44,255 nt of DNA, from positions 1 to 44,255 of the forward strand of contig CAYPZJ010000001.1 in the NCBI GenBank assembly GCA_964414635.1, in the 5' to 3' direction. Below, in pieces: positions 27,662 through 37,261 of this stretch. Within the stretch, counting starts at the first letter, position 1. Every line of letters starts with the position of its first letter. A model generated the notes under the pieces. It saw nothing but the letters and a program-made list of their open reading frames with translations. It was not told where the DNA came from and made no database searches. The DNA comes from an uncultured Spirochaetia bacterium. Its GTDB lineage: Bacteria; Spirochaetota; UBA6919; CAYPZJ01. A program made the position numbers and the translations under genes.

Positions 27662-28029
27662 AAACCTGTACTCCTTCATGTAGTACTAGAAAAATTTGTG
27701 CCGGATACTTCTACCGTTGCTTTTAGACCAAAAAACTTCAAAGATCATGGAAAATATACGCAGTCTAACAAGTATCCTAAGGATAACACAAAGAAGTTAA
27801 GATTTGATAAAAATTTGTTTGTTAATAATCATAGTACACAGCACCTGCAAGTTGAATCTTGGGGGCTTGAGCCCACCATTAGGAATATAAGGGTGTGTTG
27901 TTAATTTTTGAGTGCTCACACTTGCTTATATACCTTGACCCGTACCCATACAATTCAACGATTCAAAAAAACCTGGACAGCCTGTTCAATAGGTGAAAGA
28001 ACAGCATCCTGCATTCCGTTTTTTTTATG

Positions 28030-29052
28030 TTATTTGACTTTTACAACCCAATTATAGGGATCATCCCGATCGCATAATTGGATATCCTGGAGCGCATCGT
28101 ACAATTTCTTTGTAATGGGACCGACCTCTTCATTATTAAATGAATAACGAGTGCCCTCGAATGTAAACGATCCAATGGAAGCAATAATGGCGGCTGTTCC
28201 ACTACAAAAACATTCTGTGGCGCTTGCTGCTACTTCTTCATACGAAATTTCACGTTCTTCAACTTCCATTCCAAGTTCTTTTTGAGCCAGTTCCAATACC
28301 GATTTTCGTGTGATACCAGGTAGAATTGTTCCTTTAAGAGTAGGAGTAACCATTTTATTGTTAATCACAGCAAAAAAATTAGCCGCACCTACCTCTTCGA
28401 TATACTTGTCGTGTTTGGCATCGACATACAGGCATTCAGCAAATCCATCGGCTTTTGCTAGCTTGCCGGGTAACAAGGACCCAGAATAATTCCCAATGGC
28501 TTTGACTCCTCCAATTCCACCAGGTGCAGCACGATGAAAATCAGTATTAATAATTAAATGAATGGGTTTGAAACCGCTTTTAAAGTAAGGACCTACAGGT
28601 GAAACATAGATAAGCAGCGTATATTCGGGTGCAGGTGACACCCCTAAAATGGGACCCGAACCAAATAATATGGGTCGGACGTATAAGCTTCCTTTTCGAT
28701 AGGGTGGGATGTATTCTTCATTTTCAAGTACGAGTTGTTTAACGATATCAACGAATTTTTCAGGTGGGAATTCCTTCATACATAAGCGTTTTGCTGATTC
28801 ATTCATTCGTTTCCCATTCTCAATCGGACGGAAGAGAACGATGGATTCATTTTTTGTACGATACGCTTTTAATCCCTCAAAGCAACCCTGTCCATAATTC
28901 AATACTCCTGCAACCGGAGAAAGTGAAATGTTTCCGAATGGAATGAACTCCCCTGCTCCCCATTCGCCATCCGGTTTTCCTTCTACTTTGTACATGGTTT
29001 TCGTGGGTGTCATCGCAAAGGTTAAGGCATCCCAATTAATGTTAATAGCCAT
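28030..29052 (-). CDS. ilvE: Branched-chain amino acid aminotransferase
   Basis: 'LNYGQGCFEGLKAYR', 'LFRP..N..RM..SA.RL.M', 'GGIGGVKAIGNY' and 'LPGITRKSVLELA' match the class IV aminotransferase pattern. AAGGAG lies 6 nt upstream of the ATG at 29052. Confidence 0.92.
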   Translation of the reverse strand: MAININWDALTFAMTPTKTMYKVEGKPDGEWGAGEFIPFGNISLSPVAGVLNYGQGCFEGLKAYRTKNESIVLFRPIENGKRMNESAKRLCMKEFPPEKFVDIVKQLVLENEEYIPPYRKGSLYVRPILFGSGPILGVSPAPEYTLLIYVSPVGPYFKSGFKPIHLIINTDFHRAAPGGIGGVKAIGNYSGSLLPGKLAKADGFAECLYVDAKHDKYIEEVGAANFFAVINNKMVTPTLKGTILPGITRKSVLELAQKELGMEVEEREISYEEVAASATECFCSGTAAIIASIGSFTFEGTRYSFNNEEVGPITKKLYDALQDIQLCDRDDPYNWVVKVK

Positions 29053-29223
29053 AGTTTTCTCCTTACATAATGCACTCATTATAATAATAATACAAGCGTG
29101 TTAAATGTGCAAGCTTATGTGAAAAAGAATCCTACCCTACTTATATAGAAATGGATAAATCAAATTGGAACCGATTGGAGCTCCCGCAACCGATGCAACA
29201 ATCCGTAAAAATAACGGCATCCA

Positions 29224-32200
29224 TTAGGGGCAATCATAGCTCGTTGGCTGGGCTGGCATACACACCACCTCCATATCATATAGCATTTGAATCTCGTATG
29301 GGGATAACGGACGGTCATATACCCGAACATCATCCAAATCCCCTTCCCAAAAATTGGAGATATGAGTCGGATCTGCTCCTAGATGGAGTTGATCCGTTGT
29401 AGTATTGAGCGTTTTACTCGAACTATTTGCTATCGTGCCATTTCGATAAATTTTTAGCCAGGATCCATCATATGTAAGAACCCAATGTTCCCAATCCGTC
29501 GGCATGGCTTGGGTACTATCCAGATTAGAACCCGCTCCAAATTGTCCCTCCACATTATACGGACTAAATGCATTGGTTCCGATTCCAAACGCTGTATCCG
29601 GTGTAGCATAATTTCCCCAAATAGCAGCCGGCATTTTATCAAAAGGAGTGGCTGTGTTCGATTTCAACCAAATGCTTAATGTTCGGGGAGCCGCACCAGA
29701 AATAGTTAAATCCGAGGTGGAATAGATATAATTACTCATCCCATCATAGGTGTATGCAGCATTTGAATTACTGAATCGGTCTGTAACCAGGGATCCGGCC
29801 GAACTCGTATTTCCATTATTGGATCCTATCTGATCATCCGCATTTCCTGAAAAAGTATAATACAATTCCAGCCCTTCACCTAGCCCCGGAGTAACAGAAC
29901 TGGATGATTCATACGCTCCAATAGAAAACCCCGGATCTGCTGTACGGGTTGTTCCTAAAATATCGACGGTTACATTTCCGCATGATTGGGATCCATCCCC
30001 ACAGACATTGGCACTGGTGTCTTTCCCCCCATTTACGATATGCCAAAAAATTCCACTCACTAATGTGTTTTGGGCTAATTCAAAGCTGGAATTACCAAAA
30101 TTCTGAAAGGGATCTCCCGTCCCTTCATCTGGGAGCTGAACATTATTTACAAAGAAGGGTTCAAAATTTTCCATCTCGTGGAGGGGTCCCTTAAATGTCG
30201 CTCCATCGTAGTAACTGTTTAAGACTTGTGTCGTAGCTTTCCAAATCCCATTATGCTCAAACGAAATAGCAGGGGTTCCACTAGTTTCATCGTACAAGAC
30301 CGTGTAGGTACCAGTAAATGTACCTCGCGCAACCAACATATTGTTTGTGATAAGGGGAGTGGAGGATCCTTCATAGTGCATAATTGCCATGGCACCGTTA
30401 TTCGCCGCATCGGTAATAACCGTGTTATTGCTAAGAATGGGTTCACCTGCTTGGATATGGATTCCATAATTGGTGTTAGATCCGGACGTGGAATCCACGG
30501 GTCCCGTTTCAATCACATTATTTTTGCATACCGCACCATTGGACGCTACCGTCAGATGTAAACCAACAGTGGAGCATGTACCACTACCACTAGTCACATC
30601 CCCAATCGTAATCGTATTTCGATTTACCGTTACAGTATTCGTACTATTAATAATCTTAATCCCCAATTCATCATGGGCTGAAGCTGCACCGGTGCTATAT
30701 CCAAGAGTATCAACGATGTTTCGGGCAATGTTATATGTCAGAGTTCCATTCAAAAAGATAGCCATATTTTCAATAGAAGCACCATTCGCCCGAATCAACG
30801 TATTATCCAAAATATCAACAGAGCCATTATCCAATCGTATTCCATAAGACCGTCCGCCCAAAGGTGCCGCACTACCCCCAGAAATCTCTGTATTATTGGA
30901 TATCGTGATGGTGTTGGAAACCGCATCACCTGCAATCCCCGCTGCATACGCATTCCCGGTTGTTGGACCATATCCCGTACCAATAAAATCATTGGAATCA
31001 ATGGTTACATTGGCATCATCGATATATACACCTGCAGATATTCCTGTGGTGGTATTTGTAACATTCCCTGATTGAATCGAAGTATTCCCCTGTATTACTG
31101 GGGATGTGGAATTGGAGGTCACATACACACCAAAACTTTCATCATCCGCGTTACCTGCCGTAATAGAATTCCCTGTTGTTATGCTGCCGGTAACATTTCC
31201 ATTTAATTTAATCCCATACGCTGCGGTTGTTGCATTTCCAACTATAACGGTATTCATATTGGTGATGGTGCATGTTTCACCGGCATTTTCACACGCGATC
31301 CCAATACAAGTCCCTCCCCCACCCGTCTGGATTTGACTGCTTTCAATAGAAATCGCACCTGCATCACTGATACCATATACACCATAATTTGTACTGCTTG
31401 TATTTGTACTTCCTGTGTCAATGGTACTATTAGAAATGGTAACGCTTGCATTGGATGCATAGATTCCATAGACATTCTGTGAAGCTGTTCCTAACGCACT
31501 AAAATCAATATCCGATTGATTAAACGAAAGATTCCCCCCTGATATGGCAACCGCCGTGCGTTCGGTCCCGGAAACGGTATCAATTGTACAATGGTCAATG
31601 GTTAGTTGACTTGATGTAATATCAACAGCAGTACCAGGACTTCCACTTATTGTGTTTTGTATAGTAAATCCTTTAAGGGTAACGGGTTGTGAAAGACCAG
31701 AATAGGAAATAACGGTGGTTGCTGGATAAGTGAGCATAGAAGATCCCATCGTCCGTGCACCTTCACTATAGGTTGTATCGTCATATCCTCCCTGTATTGA
31801 AACATCCGTGGTAATAGCAAGGGGTTCCGCATAGGTTCCCGCTTTTACTTTAATGGTTGTAAAATAGGGATTTGCTGTAGCAATTGTTACCGCTGCACCA
31901 ATCGTTTTTTTCGGTTCACTAGGAAGGCATCCGGATTGGGTATCATCGGACTGTGCTTGATCCACATACAAAATTGGATCCGAAAATACGATAGTATAGA
32001 TTCCTTCGGTAGGATCACTGCATCCATCTGAAAGAATCGGTGTAATACGGATTCGATACGGGGTGGCTGGTACAAATCCGGTATTCCATGTAAAGGTTGT
32101 GGATGAGGTGGTTGTCAAGGGAACCCACGACGAAAAACCTGGTCCAACCGCATATTCAATTTTATATTGACTCACCCCACTCAATGCATCCCATGTATAG

Positions 32201-35200
32201 GTAGCACTACTTCCTACTGCTGGTGACACGGGTTCATCGGTTAGGGTTACTGCATCACAACTAATGGTCCAGGTATGACTGGGTACTGTTCCTGGTTCCC
32301 AATTACCTGCTTCGTCCCTGCCAATAACATATAATTCATACATCCCAGGCATCAAATCATGGTGAACAATGGGTTGACTCACAGAATATTCGGGACTATA
32401 AAAACCCAAAGCGCCTACTTTGTATTTATAAGCTACCACATCGGTTCCACTTACAGTAATATTAATGCTGGTTGTACTACCCGATTCGGGTAAGTTGCTT
32501 AAAATCGTGGTAGGCGGGGTAGCATCAATCTCCCAGGTGAATGATTGTGCCGTAGCCCAATTTCCAGCCAGATCACGTGATTCAACTACCAGTGTGTGTT
32601 CGCCATCAGATAACCCGCTTTCTGCGATCGGAAACGCCACATTGATATCTGTTGAAAACGGAAGGGTATCAATATAATAATGATAATGACTTACTTCCGT
32701 TCCTGTAACCACCACATTGATTGAATCATCATTTACATAGGTAGGAGGCAAATTGGATAAAGAAAAACTGGGAGCTGTCAAATCAACCTGCCAATTAAAT
32801 AAGGTGGCATCCTCGACAGCCTGCCAATTTCCTACTGCATCCATCCCAAGTACTTCCAAACTAATCAAACCTTCTGATAATCCTGTTTCCGAAATAGGAG
32901 TAGCGATTGGTATCGTATCGCTCCAATTTCCACCATTCAAACGATACGTATAGGCTGTTACATCGGTACCTCCTACTGTAATGGTTGCGGAAGTATCATT
33001 CGTATGGGAAGCCGGTGTTCCGCTCAAAACAGCAGTGGGTGGTGTCCTATCAATATTCCATGAATAGGATGCGGCGGAAGGAATGGTTTCCATATTTCCT
33101 GCTGCATCGATTCCACGGATACGGACCGTTTGAGTTCCCTCTAGTAAGTTAGAAAGAGCGATGGGTGTGGCGGTATTGGGTATGGGGATCCAACTTCCTG
33201 TATTAAGTTGATATTGAAAACACACCACATCTATCCCTCCAACCAAGATGGAAGCACTTGTCTGATTCGTTGGGTTATCGGGTGTACTTAAAAATTGGGC
33301 ATCAGGTGGGGTCGTATCCACTTCAAATGAATATGTAGTAGCGGATGCAACATCCTGCCAGACTATAGAAGGAGTATCACGCTTCCCAACGACTTCCAAT
33401 GTATAATTACTTTCTCCAAGTGGACCTAATGATATGGGAGTTCCGATTGGTGTTTCCGCTGACCAGCCTCCTCCGTTAAGTTGATATTGATATGAAACAA
33501 CCTGGGTTCCTCCCACGTTAATCGTAAATGATGTTTGATTTGAATAGCGATCGGGTAGATTGCTTAACACCGCTTCCACCACACCGGTATCAATCTCCCA
33601 GGTGTAACTGGTTGCTGAACCATCCGCTTGCCAGTTCCCTGCGGCATCCCTTCCTACTACCTGTACCGTATGGCTTCCACTACTGAGGGTATGGATAATC
33701 GCAGTAGCAACAGCGGTTTCGGAAGACCATGTACCCCCATCAAATTTCACTTTATAATAGGTAACATCCGTGCCGGTAACCACAATATTTGTTTCGGTTC
33801 GATTTGACGTAGCAGCCGGTAATTGGGTTAATATCGCTAGCGGTGGGGTGGTGTCAATATTCCAACTAAATATCGTGGGAGACGCTTGATAATTTCCAAC
33901 GGTATCCCGTGCCCGAACTAATAACGTATGTGCTCCGGCACTCAAACCTGTTTCACTTATAGGCGTAGCAAGGGGGATATCACTACTCCATCCCCCTCCA
34001 TCCAGTTGATATTGATACGCACTCGCGTCCGATCCCGTAACCGAAATGGCGATACTCGTACTATTTGTTTGAATCGAAGGGGTATTTGTAAGTGTAATTG
34101 AGGGCGGTGTTAAATCAATCGTCCAGGTATAGGATTGAGCATCTTCGGGATCTTGCCAATTTCCTGCGTTATCCTTTGTAATAACAGAGAGGGTATGTTC
34201 ACCTTCTGTCAGATCCTCCAAAAACAGTTGTTGAATAATAGAACGTTCACTACTATATCCACCTCCGTCGATATCATATTTATACGTAAGCGCATCGGAT
34301 GCTTGAACGCCGACTAAAATATTGGTGCTATTGGTTGTGGATGGCGGTAAATTAAGTAAGATGGCTGTTGCGGGTAATGTATCCACGGTAAAGACAAAAG
34401 ATTGATCCGCAAAAGAAGAACAACCAGGTATTACTTGGGTATTATATGCTTTAACCTGTACACAATAGGTTCCATCCGGCAAGGCAGATTCCACTATCCA
34501 AGAGGTCGTTGTTACATTCGATTTTGATTGAATTACAGAACCGGAACAACTGGTGTTTCCATAAATCGTAAGCTCATACGTATCACCATAAGTAGGTTCC
34601 GTCCAGGATAACGTAGGATTCGGATTGTTGGTAATGGTATTCCCCGTAATTTCAAAAGCACCTGGTGTATGGCATAGATTCACTTGAGTTTTTGTTCCCT
34701 TAGTTCTACAATTATCCTGCGCGTCACAAGCGAAGAGTGAATAATACCAATTTCCATCCCCGGGATCCACTTCGGTAGTGGTTTCCTTATTTCCTGTATA
34801 AATTGAAGTCCCATCTGACACCGAAGCCGGGTATTCGTTAGATTTGCGACGCAGCATCATATATGAGAAATCTGGATCCCATTTAGGATTTGTCCAGTCT
34901 AGTGTAATTGCGTAGGAAGGTGATATCGAAGCGAGAAGGGACGGCGCTCCATAGGTGGGAGGTGTTGTATCCGCAAGTGTAGTAAATTCCCCTGCCGGAA
35001 CTGGATAGGGGTCACCGGTTAAATTATCGTACGATGCAGGTGTTAAGCGATAATAATACGTGGTTTGGGCATTCAAATCGTAGCTGACATAGGAATTACC
35101 CAAATAGTTTTCCACCAATTCAGTCAGTGAAGCGAATGTGCTCTGCGTAGATAGCTCAAGCGTCATCTGTGCCCACGAATCGGTTTCCCAAATAAAAGTC

Positions 35201-36954
35201 GCACCTTTATCGGTAATGTTATCCACGCTGGCGGAAAGCATTTGCGGAGGAGTGCCGGTTTGGGGGGTGGTTGTAGTAAATGTTCCAGGTGAGCTCGGGT
35301 AAGAATCACTTTTATTGTAAGCATAGTCCATGGCGCTAAGTCGGTAATAATAGGTGGTAGCAGGTTGTAAACCGATGTGGTTATAATACGATGCTTCAAT
35401 ATTTTTAGTTGTATATAACACGGAATTAAAATTTGATTGGGTACTAAGTTCCAATGTTACAAAAGCAGGTTCTGTTAGTTCCCAAGTAAACCGGGCTTTT
35501 TCTTCTTCTACCGCCTCAACAGAAATCGAATCAAATCCAGGGGGGGTTGTATCGGAAGTAGTATTACTCGTAAAGGAAAAACCGTATCCTACACCTAATA
35601 TGTTTCCTGCAGGATCGGCAGCATTTTTCCCAATCACAAAGGTATATTCGGTATTATAAGTCAGATCATAGGTAGGATAGAAAAACAGTTGGGATCCCTG
35701 CCACCCTATCGTTCCTTCCACTAATTCAGCCTGATTGGGATTCCCTTTATACAATTGAACGTGTTGGGGGGTAGTAATGCGATCCATCACTTCTGAAAAA
35801 GTAACTATAATGGGAGCACTGGGAGATACATCCGTCTGTCCGTCTAATGGAAAATGAGATACAATGGAAGGATTTTCAGTATCAGCACTATCAGCGGTGC
35901 GAAAGGTATAGATAAGTGCTTCTTCCAAATTCAGCCCGGAGCAATCTCGTGCGAAAGTGGTTACAATCACACGGTAAGATTCATGTACATTGAGTAATGC
36001 TGATGGAACAAACAACAACATATCCCCTTCCCAAATAAATTCTCCTGCCACATCATTGCCTGTTGCGTTTCGTAATCGAAATGCTTGCTCCGTTGCTTCC
36101 GTATCCATTCCTTCGCTGAACTGGATTCCGATAAAGCTTTCAATGGGTACAGACGTCTGATCCGCTACGGGAACTGCTTCAATAACCTTTGGGGCAATTA
36201 TATCCGGATTGGGATCCACGGAGAATAACGAAAAAAATTCTTGAGCCAGTGTTCCCGATCCATCCTTCGTAGAAATCTTTGTTTTAGCTGTTACCATTAC
36301 TGAAGCACCCAATGGAAATGGATCATCCGGCGTAAATCGGATCTGGGTATCCTGTGGGAATGATAGGGTTCCTGTAATCCGTGAATCATTCGTAATAACA
36401 TCAATTGCACCTTCAGCCGAAGTCGATGCAATCGGTTCAGAAAATGTTAAAATAATTGGGGTGTTGGTACTAGCTTCACTGGCTAATCGGGCGGGGTATA
36501 TTCCAACAACAGACAATGGTGGAGTTTCGGTGCTAAATGTTAGAGCGAGCGTTCTATCGAAGGTATATCCATTGGTGGCTTTCAAATCAGGATAGATATT
36601 CACCGTATAATCAAAATTATAGAGTAATGAATGAGTGGGAGTTAATGTTACGGTTTGACCTTGTACCTGCTGGATAACAGTTATTGGTGTGCCGTTTGCA
36701 ACCAATTCAATAGTATCTTTGGTGGAGGTGGCATCCACATCCTTTTCAAATGTGATGACTATCGTGGTATCAATCGGAACGCGTTCCGCCCCATCATTCG
36801 GAGCCATTGTAACCCACTTCTGTCGTTTTAATTCTTCATATTCATCCATTTGTTTATTCAGATTATCAATCGAAGGATAGCATGTAACGAAAAGCAAACT
36901 GGAAAATAAGATCAACATAAGCAATGTGATAAGAGAGGATATGTGGGTATTCAT
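29224..36954 (-). CDS. Giant (2576 aa) multidomain surface protein: SbsA-Ig x4, FN3-like x3, 8 tandem Ig-like repeats, parallel beta-helix, C-terminal LamG/ConA-like lectin domain
   Basis: A single uninterrupted ORF with a signal/lipobox-like N-terminus (LLFVTC). Approximate domain map: SbsA-Ig modules at 35560-36820, FN3-like modules at 34690-35560, repeats at 32263-34383, beta-helix at 30200-31980 ('ILYVDQAQSDD...KKTIGAAVTIA', Gly/Asn/Thr-rich rungs) and LamG at 29250-29880 ('LELYYTFSGNADD...LSIWLKSN...WEHWVLTYDG...DLDDVRVYDRPLS'). Confidence 0.9.
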   Translation of the reverse strand: MNTHISSLITLLMLILFSSLLFVTCYPSIDNLNKQMDEYEELKRQKWVTMAPNDGAERVPIDTTIVITFEKDVDATSTKDTIELVANGTPITVIQQVQGQTVTLTPTHSLLYNFDYTVNIYPDLKATNGYTFDRTLALTFSTETPPLSVVGIYPARLASEASTNTPIILTFSEPIASTSAEGAIDVITNDSRITGTLSFPQDTQIRFTPDDPFPLGASVMVTAKTKISTKDGSGTLAQEFFSLFSVDPNPDIIAPKVIEAVPVADQTSVPIESFIGIQFSEGMDTEATEQAFRLRNATGNDVAGEFIWEGDMLLFVPSALLNVHESYRVIVTTFARDCSGLNLEEALIYTFRTADSADTENPSIVSHFPLDGQTDVSPSAPIIVTFSEVMDRITTPQHVQLYKGNPNQAELVEGTIGWQGSQLFFYPTYDLTYNTEYTFVIGKNAADPAGNILGVGYGFSFTSNTTSDTTPPGFDSISVEAVEEEKARFTWELTEPAFVTLELSTQSNFNSVLYTTKNIEASYYNHIGLQPATTYYYRLSAMDYAYNKSDSYPSSPGTFTTTTPQTGTPPQMLSASVDNITDKGATFIWETDSWAQMTLELSTQSTFASLTELVENYLGNSYVSYDLNAQTTYYYRLTPASYDNLTGDPYPVPAGEFTTLADTTPPTYGAPSLLASISPSYAITLDWTNPKWDPDFSYMMLRRKSNEYPASVSDGTSIYTGNKETTTEVDPGDGNWYYSLFACDAQDNCRTKGTKTQVNLCHTPGAFEITGNTITNNPNPTLSWTEPTYGDTYELTIYGNTSCSGSVIQSKSNVTTTSWIVESALPDGTYCVQVKAYNTQVIPGCSSFADQSFVFTVDTLPATAILLNLPPSTTNSTNILVGVQASDALTYKYDIDGGGYSSERSIIQQLFLEDLTEGEHTLSVITKDNAGNWQDPEDAQSYTWTIDLTPPSITLTNTPSIQTNSTSIAISVTGSDASAYQYQLDGGGWSSDIPLATPISETGLSAGAHTLLVRARDTVGNYQASPTIFSWNIDTTPPLAILTQLPAATSNRTETNIVVTGTDVTYYKVKFDGGTWSSETAVATAIIHTLSSGSHTVQVVGRDAAGNWQADGSATSYTWEIDTGVVEAVLSNLPDRYSNQTSFTINVGGTQVVSYQYQLNGGGWSAETPIGTPISLGPLGESNYTLEVVGKRDTPSIVWQDVASATTYSFEVDTTPPDAQFLSTPDNPTNQTSASILVGGIDVVCFQYQLNTGSWIPIPNTATPIALSNLLEGTQTVRIRGIDAAGNMETIPSAASYSWNIDRTPPTAVLSGTPASHTNDTSATITVGGTDVTAYTYRLNGGNWSDTIPIATPISETGLSEGLISLEVLGMDAVGNWQAVEDATLFNWQVDLTAPSFSLSNLPPTYVNDDSINVVVTGTEVSHYHYYIDTLPFSTDINVAFPIAESGLSDGEHTLVVESRDLAGNWATAQSFTWEIDATPPTTILSNLPESGSTTSINITVSGTDVVAYKYKVGALGFYSPEYSVSQPIVHHDLMPGMYELYVIGRDEAGNWEPGTVPSHTWTISCDAVTLTDEPVSPAVGSSATYTWDALSGVSQYKIEYAVGPGFSSWVPLTTTSSTTFTWNTGFVPATPYRIRITPILSDGCSDPTEGIYTIVFSDPILYVDQAQSDDTQSGCLPSEPKKTIGAAVTIATANPYFTTIKVKAGTYAEPLAITTDVSIQGGYDDTTYSEGARTMGSSMLTYPATTVISYSGLSQPVTLKGFTIQNTISGSPGTAVDITSSQLTIDHCTIDTVSGTERTAVAISGGNLSFNQSDIDFSALGTASQNVYGIYASNASVTISNSTIDTGSTNTSSTNYGVYGISDAGAISIESSQIQTGGGGTCIGIACENAGETCTITNMNTVIVGNATTAAYGIKLNGNVTGSITTGNSITAGNADDESFGVYVTSNSTSPVIQGNTSIQSGNVTNTTTGISAGVYIDDANVTIDSNDFIGTGYGPTTGNAYAAGIAGDAVSNTITISNNTEISGGSAAPLGGRSYGIRLDNGSVDILDNTLIRANGASIENMAIFLNGTLTYNIARNIVDTLGYSTGAASAHDELGIKIINSTNTVTVNRNTITIGDVTSGSGTCSTVGLHLTVASNGAVCKNNVIETGPVDSTSGSNTNYGIHIQAGEPILSNNTVITDAANNGAMAIMHYEGSSTPLITNNMLVARGTFTGTYTVLYDETSGTPAISFEHNGIWKATTQVLNSYYDGATFKGPLHEMENFEPFFVNNVQLPDEGTGDPFQNFGNSSFELAQNTLVSGIFWHIVNGGKDTSANVCGDGSQSCGNVTVDILGTTRTADPGFSIGAYESSSSVTPGLGEGLELYYTFSGNADDQIGSNNGNTSSAGSLVTDRFSNSNAAYTYDGMSNYIYSTSDLTISGAAPRTLSIWLKSNTATPFDKMPAAIWGNYATPDTAFGIGTNAFSPYNVEGQFGAGSNLDSTQAMPTDWEHWVLTYDGSWLKIYRNGTIANSSSKTLNTTTDQLHLGADPTHISNFWEGDLDDVRVYDRPLSPYEIQMLYDMEVVCMPAQPTSYDCP
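32263..34383 (-). repeat. Eight tandem ~88-aa (~265-bp) divergent Ig-like repeats inside the giant gene
   Basis: Each unit has the form 'D.TPP.a.Ls..P...TN.TS..I.V.G.DV..Y.Y.L.GG.WS.....TPI...GLSEG.HTL.V.g.D.AGNWq.....s..W.ID'. The units are divergent at the protein level, and I saw no identical DNA copies by eye. Confidence 0.85.
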
Positions 36955-37261
36955 AAGCTATTCCTATTGTAAACGTTGCTCCACCGGAGCAGCAAGGCTA
37001 TGTATTTTGATGGAAAGTCATGTTTGATCCCAATTAAACCGATTTTGTTCAAGTGTGGAATAAAAGTGATCCAACGTTGTTCTTTAAGAAAACATAGAAA
37101 TTGGTACTTACAATCATGATTCCATCCACTTTAAAATATACTCAATCGGGTTGGATTTGACAATTTTTAAACGATATAGAAAACAAACATACAGATGTCA
37201 ATCTGTCACACAGGCAAGAGCAAATCCCACTGATGGATATTTTTATGAGGAGGTTCATTTT

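Noticed and set aside
18894-27679. PLD and endonuclease genes as an intracellular anti-phage defence island
   Set aside because: Every protein in the cluster has an N-terminal signal peptide or lipobox, and one is an OM barrel. No ATPase, helicase, methylase or other cytoplasmic defence partner is present. An extracytoplasmic role is much more likely.
29454-36880. About 20 short ORFs (60-125 aa) on both strands inside the giant gene
   Set aside because: All are nested within or antisense to a continuous 2576-codon ORF with coherent domain structure. They are typical spurious frames.
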